Part shown: piece by piece, positions 9,465 through 19,418 of the stretch
How the letters are laid out: each line of letters starts with the position of its first letter
How positions within the stretch are numbered: the stretch's first letter is position 1
DNA from: Leptospiraceae bacterium
GTDB taxonomy: Bacteria > Spirochaetota > Leptospiria > Leptospirales > Leptospiraceae
Direction: 5' to 3'
NCBI GenBank assembly: GCA_024233835.1
Contig: JACKPC010000001.1
Location: 1,669,442 to 1,733,441, forward strand
DNA: 64,000 nucleotides
The notes under the pieces: generated by a model
The model's input: the letters and a program-made list of their open reading frames with translations, nothing else
Database searches by the model: none
What the model was told of the DNA's origin: nothing
Translations under genes and position numbers: made by a program

Positions 9465-9863
9465 ATGATTGCTTTTAGCTGGGTTACAGATATTGAAATT
9501 ACAAAAGAAAATGCTTATGAATTGATGCGAATCGCGAGAGCACGATGGAAGATAGAAAATGAAACCTTCAATACTCTAAAAAATCAGGGTTATCACTTTG
9601 AACATAATTATGGACATGGCAGTAAGGATTTGTCTAATAACTTTGCAACTCTTATGATACTTGCTTTTCTTGTAGATCAGATCCAACAATCAAGCTGTGC
9701 ATTATTCCGAAAAGCACTTGGGACTTTTCATGCAAAAAGATTGTTCTGGCAAAAGATAAGAAGCTTATTTGAAATATTTGAATTTTCATCTATGGAAGAG
9801 CTATTCCAGGCCATTGCTTATGGATTTAAAGCAAATATTTCTATAGGACAAAATTCATCATAG
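9465..9863 (+). CDS. DDE transposase, C-terminal part with the ARARWKIENETFNTLK motif (the YxxRWxIExxF signature of IS4/IS5-type transposases)
   Basis: 132 aa. It is separated from the N-terminal part by a stop and a frame change, so it is either inactivated or a sequencing frameshift. Confidence 0.65.
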   Translation: MIAFSWVTDIEITKENAYELMRIARARWKIENETFNTLKNQGYHFEHNYGHGSKDLSNNFATLMILAFLVDQIQQSSCALFRKALGTFHAKRLFWQKIRSLFEIFEFSSMEELFQAIAYGFKANISIGQNSS

Positions 9864-10755
9864 CGAGACTTTTAAAAACAGTGAAAGATTTTCTGAAGGA
9901 GCTATTCATTCATTTTTCCTTGTACTAATTTCACTATGATTTTATCTCAACTTTTACTATACATAAGTATTTTGGGTTTTTTTCCTCGAAGGAAATCCGG
10001 AAGTTATGGGTTAAAAAACAGGCTTAAAGAAGCCTTGTACTCTAAAGCGGGAATTGCTGATGCCAACACAGAGATAACACTGAGTTCCGGAAACAAGCCC
10101 CTTTATCTGCTTCTGAAGAACTAAAGTTAGTTATCAAGAAAAGTCAGGATCGACTTACTTCTAACAAACTATACAGAGAACAAAATATCACCTTAACCGA
10201 TACAGACATTAATAATCTAACTAATATTATGGTGGATATGAACCAATTAAATGATATTTCTGTAAATACTAACGACATTGTTCAGCTATTTGAATTAACA
10301 AAAGATGACCTCAGTGCCTTGAAAATTGCTTCGACAATGAGCTTAAAGCAGATAAATACTTTAGCGACAACAGCTTGTGTTCTTTCTGAAAATAGAGGTG
10401 ATATATGGAGTTGGTTATATAATGTTATTTATTTGATAACACACTGTGCAGGTTTATGATAGGATTACTATATGAAGATATTAAAATATACAATTCCTTT
10501 CATACTTTTGCTTCTGATGCAGTGTTATAATGGTAAGCAAGTTGATGATACTCTGAAGTATTTTTGTTCAGCTAATTTTTTGAATGCACAGACACAGAAA
10601 GAGAAAGATTTTATACTTCTTTCATGTGTAAACTATTTTTTGGACAGGCAAAGATTGAATGATTCAAAAAAAATAAAGTAAAAAGCACTGGTATTGCTAA
10701 GAGCTTGTGATTCCACTTCCAAACAAGCTCTTGGGTAGTGGGTAGAATTCTAAAA

Positions 10756-10810
10756 TATGAAACGCTTACATTCTGCTATCGATTATGTTGCCCCTTACGA
10801 CGTGATAAAC
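10756..10810 (+). pseudogene. Tiny remnant of an IS3-family transposase C-terminus (KRLHSAIDYVAPYDV)
   Basis: The motif resembles the conserved IS3 OrfB C-terminal ...HSSLGYLSP.E.. signature. Only about 18 codons are recognisable. Confidence 0.3.
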
Positions 10811-11054
10811 TGTAAACGAGAGAGAATACTTTCTGAAAGAAGAGAGAAGCTAAAGTTGGGTAAAGAGAAGAGAAAGCAATTTTTTCAGACAAGCCCTAAA
10901 AAGAAAGGGTCTTGTCTTACTCAAATCCCGTAATGGGAGTTTTAAGAAAGTGCAGTTTTGTAAATTTGCACTGCGACTTTATGCGAAAATACTATTACTT
11001 GTTTAAATTTTTACCCACCTTATTTCGGGACTAAAAAAGTCCGGTTTTGAAAGA

Positions 11055-11102
11055 TGAAAAAGCTTGACTTAAAATCCGCATAGTATCAAAATTTGTTCTG
11101 TT
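11055..11102 (+). promoter_or_regulatory. Conserved upstream element with a TTGACT -35-like hexamer shared by three Uma2-like paralogs
   Basis: cTTGACTtaaaatccgcatagtatcaaa occurs at 8290-8318, 11063-11091 and 11930-11958 (one substitution in the last copy), each about 35 nt before the ATG. Confidence 0.35.
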
Positions 11103-11870
11103 ATGGAAACAGAGTGTGTTGAACTGCAAATTCCCCGGCAGTATAGGCTTACAGATGAAGTAATCAAAATCCTGCAAATTCTAAACCATGACTTAATCAT
11201 AGATTTTGTAAAAGAAAATGGTGTGATTATAAAGCCAAAAACCCCGGAATTTGCAGGCCAGAAATACATCGATCTGAAGTTTCCTGAGGACTTTTTTCAT
11301 CCGGAAAACTTCGATGAACTTTATGAAGCCAATGAGCACCGGTTTCGGTTTGAACGGGTAGGGGAGACGATACGAATAAAAATGGGTTTTGGAAGTATAA
11401 TTGGTTTAATCACAGCAGCGATTGTTAGCTCCCTTTACATCTGGGCAAAAAAGACAAAGTCAGGAAGAGTGCGTTCAGATCAATCCGAATTTGAGTTTTA
11501 TAATGAAGAAACAGAAAGCCTTGAAAAAAGAATTCCCGATGTTTCTTATATTAGTTTTGAAAAGGTAAATGAAAAGGAACAAAAATCATGGGGCACAGGA
11601 AAGATTAAAGTTGCACCTACTCTGAGTATTGAAATAGTTTCTTCCAAATATGGCCTGAAGCCCGCTCTCTGGAAAATGCAACATGTATGGATGCAGTTCG
11701 GAACTGATATTGGAGTTGTAGTCTGTCCCTTTTCGAAAAAGCTGTACATTTTTGAGAAAGGTAAATCGAACCATATAGAACAAAGCATTTATCACAAGTT
11801 TACCCATACCCTCCTTCCCGACTATGAAGGTGATTTCAGCGAATATGTAGATGAAATAAGTGAATCCTGA
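11103..11870 (+). CDS. Membrane-anchored Uma2-family (PD-(D/E)XK-like) protein, paralog 1 (255 aa)
   Basis: N-terminal ~95 aa domain, one predicted TM helix (IIGLITAAIVSSLYIWA), and a C-terminal region with Uma2-like motifs (VSYISF...APTLSIEIVSSKYGLKPALWKMQ..MQFGTDIGVVVCPFSKKLYIF). Confidence 0.6.
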   Translation: METECVELQIPRQYRLTDEVIKILQILNHDLIIDFVKENGVIIKPKTPEFAGQKYIDLKFPEDFFHPENFDELYEANEHRFRFERVGETIRIKMGFGSIIGLITAAIVSSLYIWAKKTKSGRVRSDQSEFEFYNEETESLEKRIPDVSYISFEKVNEKEQKSWGTGKIKVAPTLSIEIVSSKYGLKPALWKMQHVWMQFGTDIGVVVCPFSKKLYIFEKGKSNHIEQSIYHKFTHTLLPDYEGDFSEYVDEISES

Positions 11871-11969
11871 GACTTGTATCTTAGGGATTAGGATGTGCTC
11901 AGGTTAAAGCCGGTTTTGAAAGATGAAAAAGCTTGACTATAAATTCGCATAGTATCAAACTATCCACCT

Positions 11970-12728
11970 ATGAACAGTGATTGTTTGGAGCTTTATCTTC
12001 CCCTTACATGCAGAGTGAGCGATGATGTCTTGCAGGCAATTCAACGATTAAACCATGACCTCATTATTGACCTGAGAAAAGAAAACGGTATCGGGATCCG
12101 GGTTACAGATGATTTATCCGAACAAAAATATATTGAGCTAAGATTTCCCGAAGGATTCATTCCTGCCGAAAACTTTGAGGAGCTTACAAGTAACAGAGAT
12201 AAGCTGTACTTTGAACAAAAAGGGGAGACGATTTTTATAAAAATGGGAACGATTTATACAATTGGTTTAATTACTATGGCAATCGGAGCCTCCCTGTACA
12301 TGTGGGCCAAAAAAAATAAAACCGGTAGAGTTTTACCCGAAAATTCTACCTATCAGTTGAGCGATTCTAAAACCGGTAAAACCGAAATCAGGATGGCAGA
12401 TATTTCCTATATCAGTTATGGGAAAGCTTCCGAGTCGGAGCAAAAAAAATGGGGGAAAAATTGTCCCATCGCTCCTACACTCAGCATTGAAATAGTTTCT
12501 TCCAAATATGGCCTGAAGCCCGCTCTCTGGAAAATGCAATATGTATGGATGCAGTTCGGAACTGATATTGGAGTTGTAGTCTGTCCCTTTTCGAAAAAGC
12601 TGTACATTTTTGAGAAAGGTAAATCGAACCATATAGAACAAAGCATTTATCACAAGTTTACCCATACCCTCCTTCCCGACTATGAAGGTGATTTCAGCGA
12701 ATATGTAGATGAAATAAGTGAATCCTGA
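11970..12728 (+). CDS. Membrane-anchored Uma2-family protein, paralog 2 (252 aa)
   Basis: Same architecture as paralog 1. The last ~245 nt are identical to paralog 1 apart from one substitution, while the 5' two-thirds are diverged. Confidence 0.6.
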   Translation: MNSDCLELYLPLTCRVSDDVLQAIQRLNHDLIIDLRKENGIGIRVTDDLSEQKYIELRFPEGFIPAENFEELTSNRDKLYFEQKGETIFIKMGTIYTIGLITMAIGASLYMWAKKNKTGRVLPENSTYQLSDSKTGKTEIRMADISYISYGKASESEQKKWGKNCPIAPTLSIEIVSSKYGLKPALWKMQYVWMQFGTDIGVVVCPFSKKLYIFEKGKSNHIEQSIYHKFTHTLLPDYEGDFSEYVDEISES

Positions 12729-12880
12729 GACTTCTGTCCCGGAGAAATTTGAAAGCTCTTTAGTTTTCACCGAGAATTGTTGGCAATGTCCTGTTTTGAG
12801 TTCTTTTCTTTCCTGAAAACTTATGAAAATATCTTGTATAGAAAACTTATATTAGATAAGCTGTTCGTTCAGGGGGCTTT

Positions 12881-13489
12881 ATGACAGATTTAAAAAATAC
12901 GAAATTGCTCGATGCTATTGCTGCTTCTATTCAGTATGAGAAAGATAAGTTTGATTTCTATCTCAGGGCCGTTGAAAAAACGACAGACTCCGCACTCAAG
13001 AAATTCTTCACAGAACTGGCTGAGGATGTAGAAGAGCATATAAAAGTGATTCAGGATTTTTATAAGAAAATCCAGGGAATTGGTGAGTTTCCAAATCTTA
13101 AGGAATTAAACCCGATTCACAAATTTCATACATCCACTATCGCAAAAGTAATGAAGCGTCTGGATAAGATAACCGCTTCTGATATTAGTAGCGACGAATT
13201 AGAGCTGGTTGAAAAAACGCTTAAAGCGGAAGACGATGGAAGAGTTTTTTATACCAAGACAAAGGCAAAGTTTAAAGATCCGAACTTAAAACTTCTCTTT
13301 CAAAAATTGGCCAATTTTTCTGATGAAAACCGAACCCTGATTGAATCTCATTATACATTTCTGAAGGAAGGTAAGGGTTCTGAAGAATATTACTGGGAAG
13401 ATGATTCCCTGATGAAGGAAGCATCCAAAGGAAAACAGGTTTTCAAAAAAACTGCCAAGAAAAAAGTAGCCAAAAAGAAAAGGAGTTAA
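12881..13489 (+). CDS. Hypothetical protein, possibly ferritin-like (two E..H-containing helical halves)
   Basis: 202 aa, helical, with EDVEEHIKV and LIESHY segments and a lysine-rich C-terminal tail. Confidence 0.3.
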   Translation: MTDLKNTKLLDAIAASIQYEKDKFDFYLRAVEKTTDSALKKFFTELAEDVEEHIKVIQDFYKKIQGIGEFPNLKELNPIHKFHTSTIAKVMKRLDKITASDISSDELELVEKTLKAEDDGRVFYTKTKAKFKDPNLKLLFQKLANFSDENRTLIESHYTFLKEGKGSEEYYWEDDSLMKEASKGKQVFKKTAKKKVAKKKRS

Positions 13490-13573
13490 AAACCCATTAA
13501 GACAGGAAAATTATTATACGCTGTTTCAATTGTAATCGGTTTACTGCTTCTAAGCCTCATTACTTTCTATTTA

Positions 13574-14638
13574 TTGAAAGATAAGGGAAAGAAGTTTGCA
13601 GAAAATCCAACAGAAGAAGAGGCCTTTACTCTTCTCTGGAATGGATATGATGGTAAGAAGCTGGAATACAGCTTTTTGGTAGTTTTTTATCCCAAAAAAA
13701 ATAAATCTATTCTGTATTTTGTAAATCCGATTACAGCCTTTCCGGGTAAAACAGAAATCCTGGAAAATACTTCCGGAAAGGAAATCTTTGCTTATTCAGC
13801 CAGCGAGTTAGAAAAGATTACTTCACATAAAATTTCATATTATATCAATCTTTCTTCGGAAAACCTGATTAAGCTTATTGATCTTTTGGGAGGTTTACCC
13901 TTTTATCTGGATCCAAATGTTCACCGTATACCGGGGAAGTATGCCAGAAAAGAAGGAGATTTTTTACTATTCGGAGAAGAAGCGGTCGACCTATTTTTCT
14001 TGCCGGCGAAACCTGAACCTATCAACTATATACAGAGACTAAATTTACAGCAGAGTATCCTTCTAAGTCTTCTGGATAAGCTTTCTTTTTTAGGAGGAGA
14101 ATTACACCAGGAGCTAATTCAATACCTGTATTTTCTGGCCGAAACGAATCTTCCTCGTGAAAAGTTTGAATGGTTTATTAAAAAAATTTCCGGAGGAAAA
14201 GTTTTTTATACGGTCTTTGAAGCTTCCGGAGAGTTAAAAACTTCACAAAATGGAAGAACTTATCTCTCTTTAATGACCGATCAATCGAGAGTGGGTTTTC
14301 ATGAAATGGAGTCCTTACTCTTTAAAGATGAGGAAAGTCTCGGAGAAAATGCAAGGGTAGAAATACTAAATGGAACAGAAGTGAACGGACTGGCAAAGAA
14401 GACAAAAGATTTATTGAATGCCCACTCAATTAAAGTTTTATCAACTGAAAATGCATGGAAATCCGGGATAAAACGGTCTATTATTTTAGATCGTTCGGGA
14501 AAAGCGGGTTATTCAAGAAGACTTGCAGAAATACTCGGGATCAAAAAAATTAAACATCTCATTAGAAAAGAGTCCGGTCTGGATGTTACCATACTCTTAG
14601 GAGAAGATATTGAAAGCAAAACTGGAAAAGTTAAGTAA
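13574..14638 (+). CDS. LytR-CpsA-Psr (LCP)-family protein with a C-terminal LytR_C-like domain
   Basis: N-terminal TM segment, an LCP-like core (ISYYINLSSENLIKLIDLLGGLPFYLDPNV) and a C-terminal RVEILNGTEVNGLAKKTKDLL... (LytR_C pattern). Confidence 0.5.
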   Translation: MKDKGKKFAENPTEEEAFTLLWNGYDGKKLEYSFLVVFYPKKNKSILYFVNPITAFPGKTEILENTSGKEIFAYSASELEKITSHKISYYINLSSENLIKLIDLLGGLPFYLDPNVHRIPGKYARKEGDFLLFGEEAVDLFFLPAKPEPINYIQRLNLQQSILLSLLDKLSFLGGELHQELIQYLYFLAETNLPREKFEWFIKKISGGKVFYTVFEASGELKTSQNGRTYLSLMTDQSRVGFHEMESLLFKDEESLGENARVEILNGTEVNGLAKKTKDLLNAHSIKVLSTENAWKSGIKRSIILDRSGKAGYSRRLAEILGIKKIKHLIRKESGLDVTILLGEDIESKTGKVK

Positions 14639-15020
14639 GGAAAATTCCGGCAATAAAATTCAGGCCGATATAAACCTGGTATTAAAGGATATCGTAGATA
14701 TTCTAAACAATAAAAAATGTGAAGATATTTCCATTCTGGATCTGGAGTCGGTGAATTCTTATTTATCTCTATTTGTGATTTGTACGGTGAAAACCGGAAC
14801 TCAAGGAAAAGCTGTATCCAAGGACCTTCTTCGTTCCCTGAAGAAATATAAACTAACAAGGGGAACAGCGGGGAAGACGGATAATACCGGTGATTCCGGC
14901 TGGATCTTGATAGATTTCGGGGAAGTCTTTGTGCATATTATGACCAAAGAAATCAGGGAATACTATAATCTTGACAAGTTATGGGGTGATGCAAAACATA
15001 TCCCCTTACCTGTTAATTAG
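14610..15020 (+). CDS. rsfS: Ribosome silencing factor RsfS (Iojap family)
   Basis: 136 aa with an Iojap pattern (DISILDL...FVICT..S.RQ-like...[15 protein letters not shown]...YYNLDKLW). Confidence 0.75.
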   Translation: MKAKLEKLSKENSGNKIQADINLVLKDIVDILNNKKCEDISILDLESVNSYLSLFVICTVKTGTQGKAVSKDLLRSLKKYKLTRGTAGKTDNTGDSGWILIDFGEVFVHIMTKEIREYYNLDKLWGDAKHIPLPVN

Positions 15021-15021
15021 A

Positions 15022-16029
15022 ATGCCCAAGTTTGTTGACGAAGTTAGAATTATTGTTCGTTCCGGTCATGGAGGCCCCGGTTCTGTATCTTTTCGGAAAG
15101 AGAAGTATGTAGAATTCGGTGGCCCGGATGGAGGAGACGGAGGAAAGGGTGGAGATGTGCACTTCATTTCCGAACAGGCCCTTCAGACTCTGGATAAATA
15201 CTTGCCCTTAAAAGCCTATTCTGCCGGAGACGGGATTCAGGGCCATGGCCGTAACCAGAGTGGTTCAGGAGGAGACGACCTTACTTTAAAAGTTCCGGTA
15301 GGAACCCAGGTTTTCGATGCGGAAACCGGAGAACTTCTTTTTGATTTTTTAGAACATGCACAGACCTTTACCGTAGCCAGAGGTGGTCGGGGAGGTAAAG
15401 GGAATGCTTTTTTTAAAAGCTCTACCCATCAGGTTCCCCGTTTTTCACAGCCCGGAGAAGAAGGAGAAGAAAAGGAAATCCTTCTCTCTTTAAAACTATT
15501 GGCTGATCTGGGAATTGTAGGCCTTCCAAATTCCGGTAAATCTACCCTTCTCAGTAAAATTACGGATGCTCACCCCAAGATTGCAGGTTATGCCTTTACA
15601 ACCCTGATTCCCAATTTAGGGGTGGTTAGGAGGCACGGTGACAGCTTTCGTTATACAGTAGCGGATATTCCCGGGATTATCGAAGGAGCCAGTCAGGGAC
15701 ACGGTCTCGGGCTTTCCTTTCTGCGTCATATTGAACGAGTTCGGGGAATTCTTTATGTTTTTGACGCCAGTTCGGTTGATATTGCTGCAGATTTTGAAAT
15801 TCTCAAACATGAGTTGGAAGCCTATAATCCCATACTTTTAGAACTGCCTTCTCTCGTGGTCTTTAATAAAATCGATGTCTGGGATGATGAGGACTATACA
15901 GAAGAACTGATGAGAAAGTATGCTTCTATCAGCGAGAATATCATTCCCATTTCCGCATTAAAGGAAATTAATCTTGATCTTCTGCTGGATAAGATTGACA
16001 GCAAAATCTTTTCCTTAGAGGAAGAATAA
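15022..16029 (+). CDS. obg: GTPase Obg
   Basis: Obg fold N-domain glycine-rich repeats ([33 protein letters not shown]), G1 motif GLPNSGKST and G-domain motifs. The start is taken at MPKFVDEV, one nt after the rsfS stop. Confidence 0.9.
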   Translation: MPKFVDEVRIIVRSGHGGPGSVSFRKEKYVEFGGPDGGDGGKGGDVHFISEQALQTLDKYLPLKAYSAGDGIQGHGRNQSGSGGDDLTLKVPVGTQVFDAETGELLFDFLEHAQTFTVARGGRGGKGNAFFKSSTHQVPRFSQPGEEGEEKEILLSLKLLADLGIVGLPNSGKSTLLSKITDAHPKIAGYAFTTLIPNLGVVRRHGDSFRYTVADIPGIIEGASQGHGLGLSFLRHIERVRGILYVFDASSVDIAADFEILKHELEAYNPILLELPSLVVFNKIDVWDDEDYTEELMRKYASISENIIPISALKEINLDLLLDKIDSKIFSLEEE

Positions 16030-16058
16030 AACCCAAGCTGAGTTGATAAATCTTTATT

Positions 16059-16922
16059 ATGAATAGAGAACACTTTTCCGGGCTTATACAAAAAGCCAGA
16101 CGAATTGTAATTAAAATAGGTTCGGCTCGAATAGCTGCGAGTCTTGAAGAAACAAACGATTTCTTGTTTAGTTTATGCAGCGATGTGAGACAACTTCGGG
16201 ATCAGGGAAAGCAGATTACCCTGGTGTCAAGCGGTGCGATTGCGCAGGGGAAACGGGTATTGGAAAAATACGAAAATCCTGATCTTATGAGCCTGAAAGA
16301 ACCCGGTCTAAAGGAAAAGCAGGCTCTTGCGGCTATCGGTCAGAGTCGTTTGATGAAATTATACGAAAGCTTTTTCTCCAAGGTGAATATCAACATCGCC
16401 CAGATCCTGTTCGGAGAACCCCAGGTCTTAGAGCCCCATAGTTTAGAGAATTTACACAATACTTTTGAGCAGCTTTTAAGCTGGAATATATTGCCCATTG
16501 TAAATGAAAATGACTCCATTGCTACCGACGAAATAAAAGTTGGAGATAACGACCTGTTATCAGCCATGGTCAGTCTTGTCATATCTGCCGATCTTCTGAT
16601 TATTCTAACAGGAGTGGATGGTTTTTTAAAGGAAGGAGAACTCATTTCTTTTTTGGAAGGGGTGGAGGAAAAGGAGCTTTCTTTTGCTCACGGGCCGGAG
16701 GGGCCGGGAACCGGAGGAATGCACACAAAGCTAAAAGCAGGAGGAATACTGGCAAAATACGGGATTCCAACGGCCATTATTAATGGAAAAGAAAAAAACG
16801 CAGTCTACAGACTCATGACCGAAAACCGTCTGGGTACTTTGATTGTTCCGAAGACGGAAAAGGCAAACCCTCAGGGAGAAGATACAATTCAGTTTTTACG
16901 CAGGGAATTTAAGAAGAAGTAG
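16059..16922 (+). CDS. proB: Glutamate 5-kinase
   Basis: Amino-acid kinase family with [15 protein letters not shown] and NENDS..TDE motifs. 287 aa, with no PUA domain. Confidence 0.9.
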   Translation: MNREHFSGLIQKARRIVIKIGSARIAASLEETNDFLFSLCSDVRQLRDQGKQITLVSSGAIAQGKRVLEKYENPDLMSLKEPGLKEKQALAAIGQSRLMKLYESFFSKVNINIAQILFGEPQVLEPHSLENLHNTFEQLLSWNILPIVNENDSIATDEIKVGDNDLLSAMVSLVISADLLIILTGVDGFLKEGELISFLEGVEEKELSFAHGPEGPGTGGMHTKLKAGGILAKYGIPTAIINGKEKNAVYRLMTENRLGTLIVPKTEKANPQGEDTIQFLRREFKKK

Positions 16923-16930
16923 GAAATACG

Positions 16931-18190
16931 ATGGAAATAAACTCGGAAGATTTACTTTATATCGAAGACATCAGCAAAAGGGCGAAAAAAGCTTCTCGCT
17001 TTTTAAGAAGTCTGAAAACCGGGGATAAAAACCGTTTTTTAAGAAGTCTCGCCCGGTCTATCAGGGAAAATCAAAGCTTTCTAATTCAGGAAAACCAGAA
17101 GGATCTGGAAGATGGGAAAAAGAAAGCTCTATCATCCAGTCTTTTAGATAGGCTTTTATTGAATGAAAGTCGTATAGAAGCCCTGGCGAAATCTGTCGAG
17201 GATATTGCAAATCTGCCCGATCCGGTGGGAGAAGTTGTGCGGGGGACCCAGCTTCCTAACGGTCTGGAGCTTATCACAAAACAGGTTCCGATAGGAGTTG
17301 TTCTGGTAATTTATGAATCCAGACCCAATGTGACAATTGATGTAGGAGCTCTCTGCTTTAAATCCGGCAATGTGGGAATCCTGAGAGGTGGAAGCGAGGC
17401 CATCCATTCCAATCGGGCCTTAGCTGAAATTTTTCGGAAAAGCCTCGACGACTTAGGCCTGGAAAAAGATTCTCTTATTCTAATCGAGAGAACTGACCGT
17501 TCCCTGGTGATTCCCCTTTTAAAGCAGGTTCAGTTTATAGATCTGGTTGTGCCGAGAGGTGGAGAGGGCCTGATTCGTTTTGTGAGCCAGAACTCGGAAA
17601 TTCCGGTAGTAAAACATGATAAAGGTGTTTGTAATCTCTTTGTCGATAGCTCGGCAATTCCCGAACGAACGATAGAAGTCGTTATAAATTCAAAAGTTCA
17701 AAGACCCGGTGTCTGTAATGCCCTCGAAAACCTGATTATTCATAAAGATTATCCCCGTACAAAGGAGCTTCTTTCGGCTTTACAGGCAAAAGGAGTAGAA
17801 TTATATGTGGATGAGCCCCTGAGAAATCTTTTACCGGGTTTGAAAGAAGCCGATGAGGAAGCATATAAAACCGAGTACCTTGACCTTAAGCTGTCGGTAA
17901 AAACGGTTTCTTCTCTAATGGAAGCCATTGATTTTATTGAAACCTATTCTTCCGGTCATACAGAAGCGATTTTATCAGAGAGTTATGAGAATATAGAGGA
18001 ATTTACTTCTTCTATAGACTCGGCGGCGGTTTTCGTAAACTGTTCTACTCGTTTTCACGATGGAGGTGAGTTTGGACTCGGAGCAGAGGTGGGTATTTCT
18101 ACCGGAAAGCTTCATGTTCGCGGGCCTATGGGGCTTATGCATCTGACAACGACCAAGACCGTACTGAAGGGAAGAGGGCAGGTTCGGTAG
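16931..18190 (+). CDS. proA: Gamma-glutamyl phosphate reductase
   Basis: 419 aa aldehyde dehydrogenase-type protein with ProA signatures ([28 protein letters not shown]). It lies immediately after proB. Confidence 0.9.
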   Translation: MEINSEDLLYIEDISKRAKKASRFLRSLKTGDKNRFLRSLARSIRENQSFLIQENQKDLEDGKKKALSSSLLDRLLLNESRIEALAKSVEDIANLPDPVGEVVRGTQLPNGLELITKQVPIGVVLVIYESRPNVTIDVGALCFKSGNVGILRGGSEAIHSNRALAEIFRKSLDDLGLEKDSLILIERTDRSLVIPLLKQVQFIDLVVPRGGEGLIRFVSQNSEIPVVKHDKGVCNLFVDSSAIPERTIEVVINSKVQRPGVCNALENLIIHKDYPRTKELLSALQAKGVELYVDEPLRNLLPGLKEADEEAYKTEYLDLKLSVKTVSSLMEAIDFIETYSSGHTEAILSESYENIEEFTSSIDSAAVFVNCSTRFHDGGEFGLGAEVGISTGKLHVRGPMGLMHLTTTKTVLKGRGQVR

Positions 18191-18769
18191 ATGATAGGTC
18201 TGTTCGGAGGGAGTTTCGACCCTCCGCACCTCGGTCATCTGGGTATCATTCGGAGTTTCTGGAAGCAGTTCCCGGAAGCCAAAACTTTATACCTGGTACC
18301 GAACCGTCTTTCCCCGTTTAAAGAAAAGAAAAATGTAGAAAAAAAAGACCTTCTTCGTATGCTGGAAATACTGGTGAAAGAAGAACAGGAAGATATCCGA
18401 ATTTCCAATCTTGAGTTAGAAAGAGAAACCGAAAAAAGTTACACCATCGATACCCTAAAAAGGTTTGAAAAGGAGCTTCCCGGAGAAGAACTTCAATTTC
18501 TTCTGGGTTCGGATAGTCTCGAACGTTTTATGGACTGGAAAGACTCGGATGAAATTCTTCGTTTAGCCGGGCTTCTGGTATTTCAAAGACCGGGTTTTTC
18601 TGCCGGGATTCCGGATGGTATGGACGAAAAAAAGGTTTTGTTTTTGCGTAATGAGCCTTTGCCTTATAGTTCTTCTGCCATACGGAAAGAGCTTGGAAGT
18701 GGAGGAAGGCCGGAAGGTTTAAGTGAAGGGGTCTATTCTTATATCAAACAAAGAGAACTTTATATATGA
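18191..18769 (+). CDS. nadD: Nicotinate-nucleotide adenylyltransferase
   Basis: GGSFDPPHLGHL HxGH motif and SST...SSAIR C-terminal motif. 192 aa. Confidence 0.9.
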   Translation: MIGLFGGSFDPPHLGHLGIIRSFWKQFPEAKTLYLVPNRLSPFKEKKNVEKKDLLRMLEILVKEEQEDIRISNLELERETEKSYTIDTLKRFEKELPGEELQFLLGSDSLERFMDWKDSDEILRLAGLLVFQRPGFSAGIPDGMDEKKVLFLRNEPLPYSSSAIRKELGSGGRPEGLSEGVYSYIKQRELYI

Positions 18770-19374
18770 AAAAAGCCGTTTATAATACAGAATTTTTTAA
18801 GAACGAAATTCAGAAAGAAGTAAGTCATTCGCGTTATGAGCACTGCCTGAAGGTAGCCAGCCTGGCTGAAAAACTGGCTCTTTCTCATGCTTATCCCCAT
18901 GCGGAAAAAGCTTATCTTTGCGGAATCGTACACGATATTACCAAGCAGAAGTCTCGTGATTTTCACATAGAGCTATTTGAAAGAAATAATCTGAACTATC
19001 GTTCAGAAGAAATTCCACTACCGGCTTTTCATGCTTTTAGTGGAGCTCTTTATTTGCGTGAAAAGTATGGATTGGATGATAGAGAGATTCTTTCAGCTGT
19101 AAAAAGCCATACCCTCGGAGATAGAAAGATGGGTCTTCTGGAAAAGATTGTATATGTCTCTGATTTTTTGGGTTCCCATTTTGCCATGTCGCACCCTCGG
19201 TACGAAGATTGGGTCAATGAAACCTGTCGAGATTTAAACTACGGAACCTACTTGAAAGCCATGCATGTAATGGAAGAATTGATCGAAAAAAGACAGTGTA
19301 TACACCCACACACTCTTGAAGTATACAACCTGTCCTTGAAGTATTTAAAGACGGATTTGGACACCCACAAATAA
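18766..19374 (+). CDS. yqeK: HD-domain hydrolase YqeK-type (bis(5'-nucleosyl)-tetraphosphatase family)
   Basis: HSRYEHC...GIVHDITK HD motifs. It follows nadD, the canonical nadD-yqeK pairing. Confidence 0.75.
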   Translation: MKKAVYNTEFFKNEIQKEVSHSRYEHCLKVASLAEKLALSHAYPHAEKAYLCGIVHDITKQKSRDFHIELFERNNLNYRSEEIPLPAFHAFSGALYLREKYGLDDREILSAVKSHTLGDRKMGLLEKIVYVSDFLGSHFAMSHPRYEDWVNETCRDLNYGTYLKAMHVMEELIEKRQCIHPHTLEVYNLSLKYLKTDLDTHK

Positions 19375-19418
19375 TTACTTGCTATTTTATTTGATTTCCC
19401 AGAACTTACATAAACATC

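Larger units (their letters stand above)
8614..10051 (+). mobile_element. Insertion sequence (~1.4 kb) of the IS4/IS5 DDE_Tnp_1 type with imperfect terminal inverted repeats (CCCGCTTT... / ...AAAGCGGG) and an AATT flank on both sides
   Basis: The left end is where paralog homology stops (caatt|cccgctttgcttgtaacagg). The right end (gccttgtactctaaagcggg|aattgc at 10032-10055) is the reverse complement of the left terminus. The element encodes a split DDE transposase. Confidence 0.5.

Noticed and set aside
9936-10124. 62 aa ORF near the right end of the IS
   Set aside because: It lies inside or at the inferred IS terminus and has no transposase or accessory-protein features.
11546-12770. Minus-strand ORFs (80, 73, 145, 76 aa) opposite the Uma2-like paralogs
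   Set aside because: Antisense shadows, duplicated because the sense genes are duplicated.
14509-17407. Antisense ORFs within the LCP, obg, proB and proA genes (e.g. 14509..14859, 15616..15810, 16340..16645, 17086..17407)
   Set aside because: They are embedded in well-supported core genes on the opposite strand.
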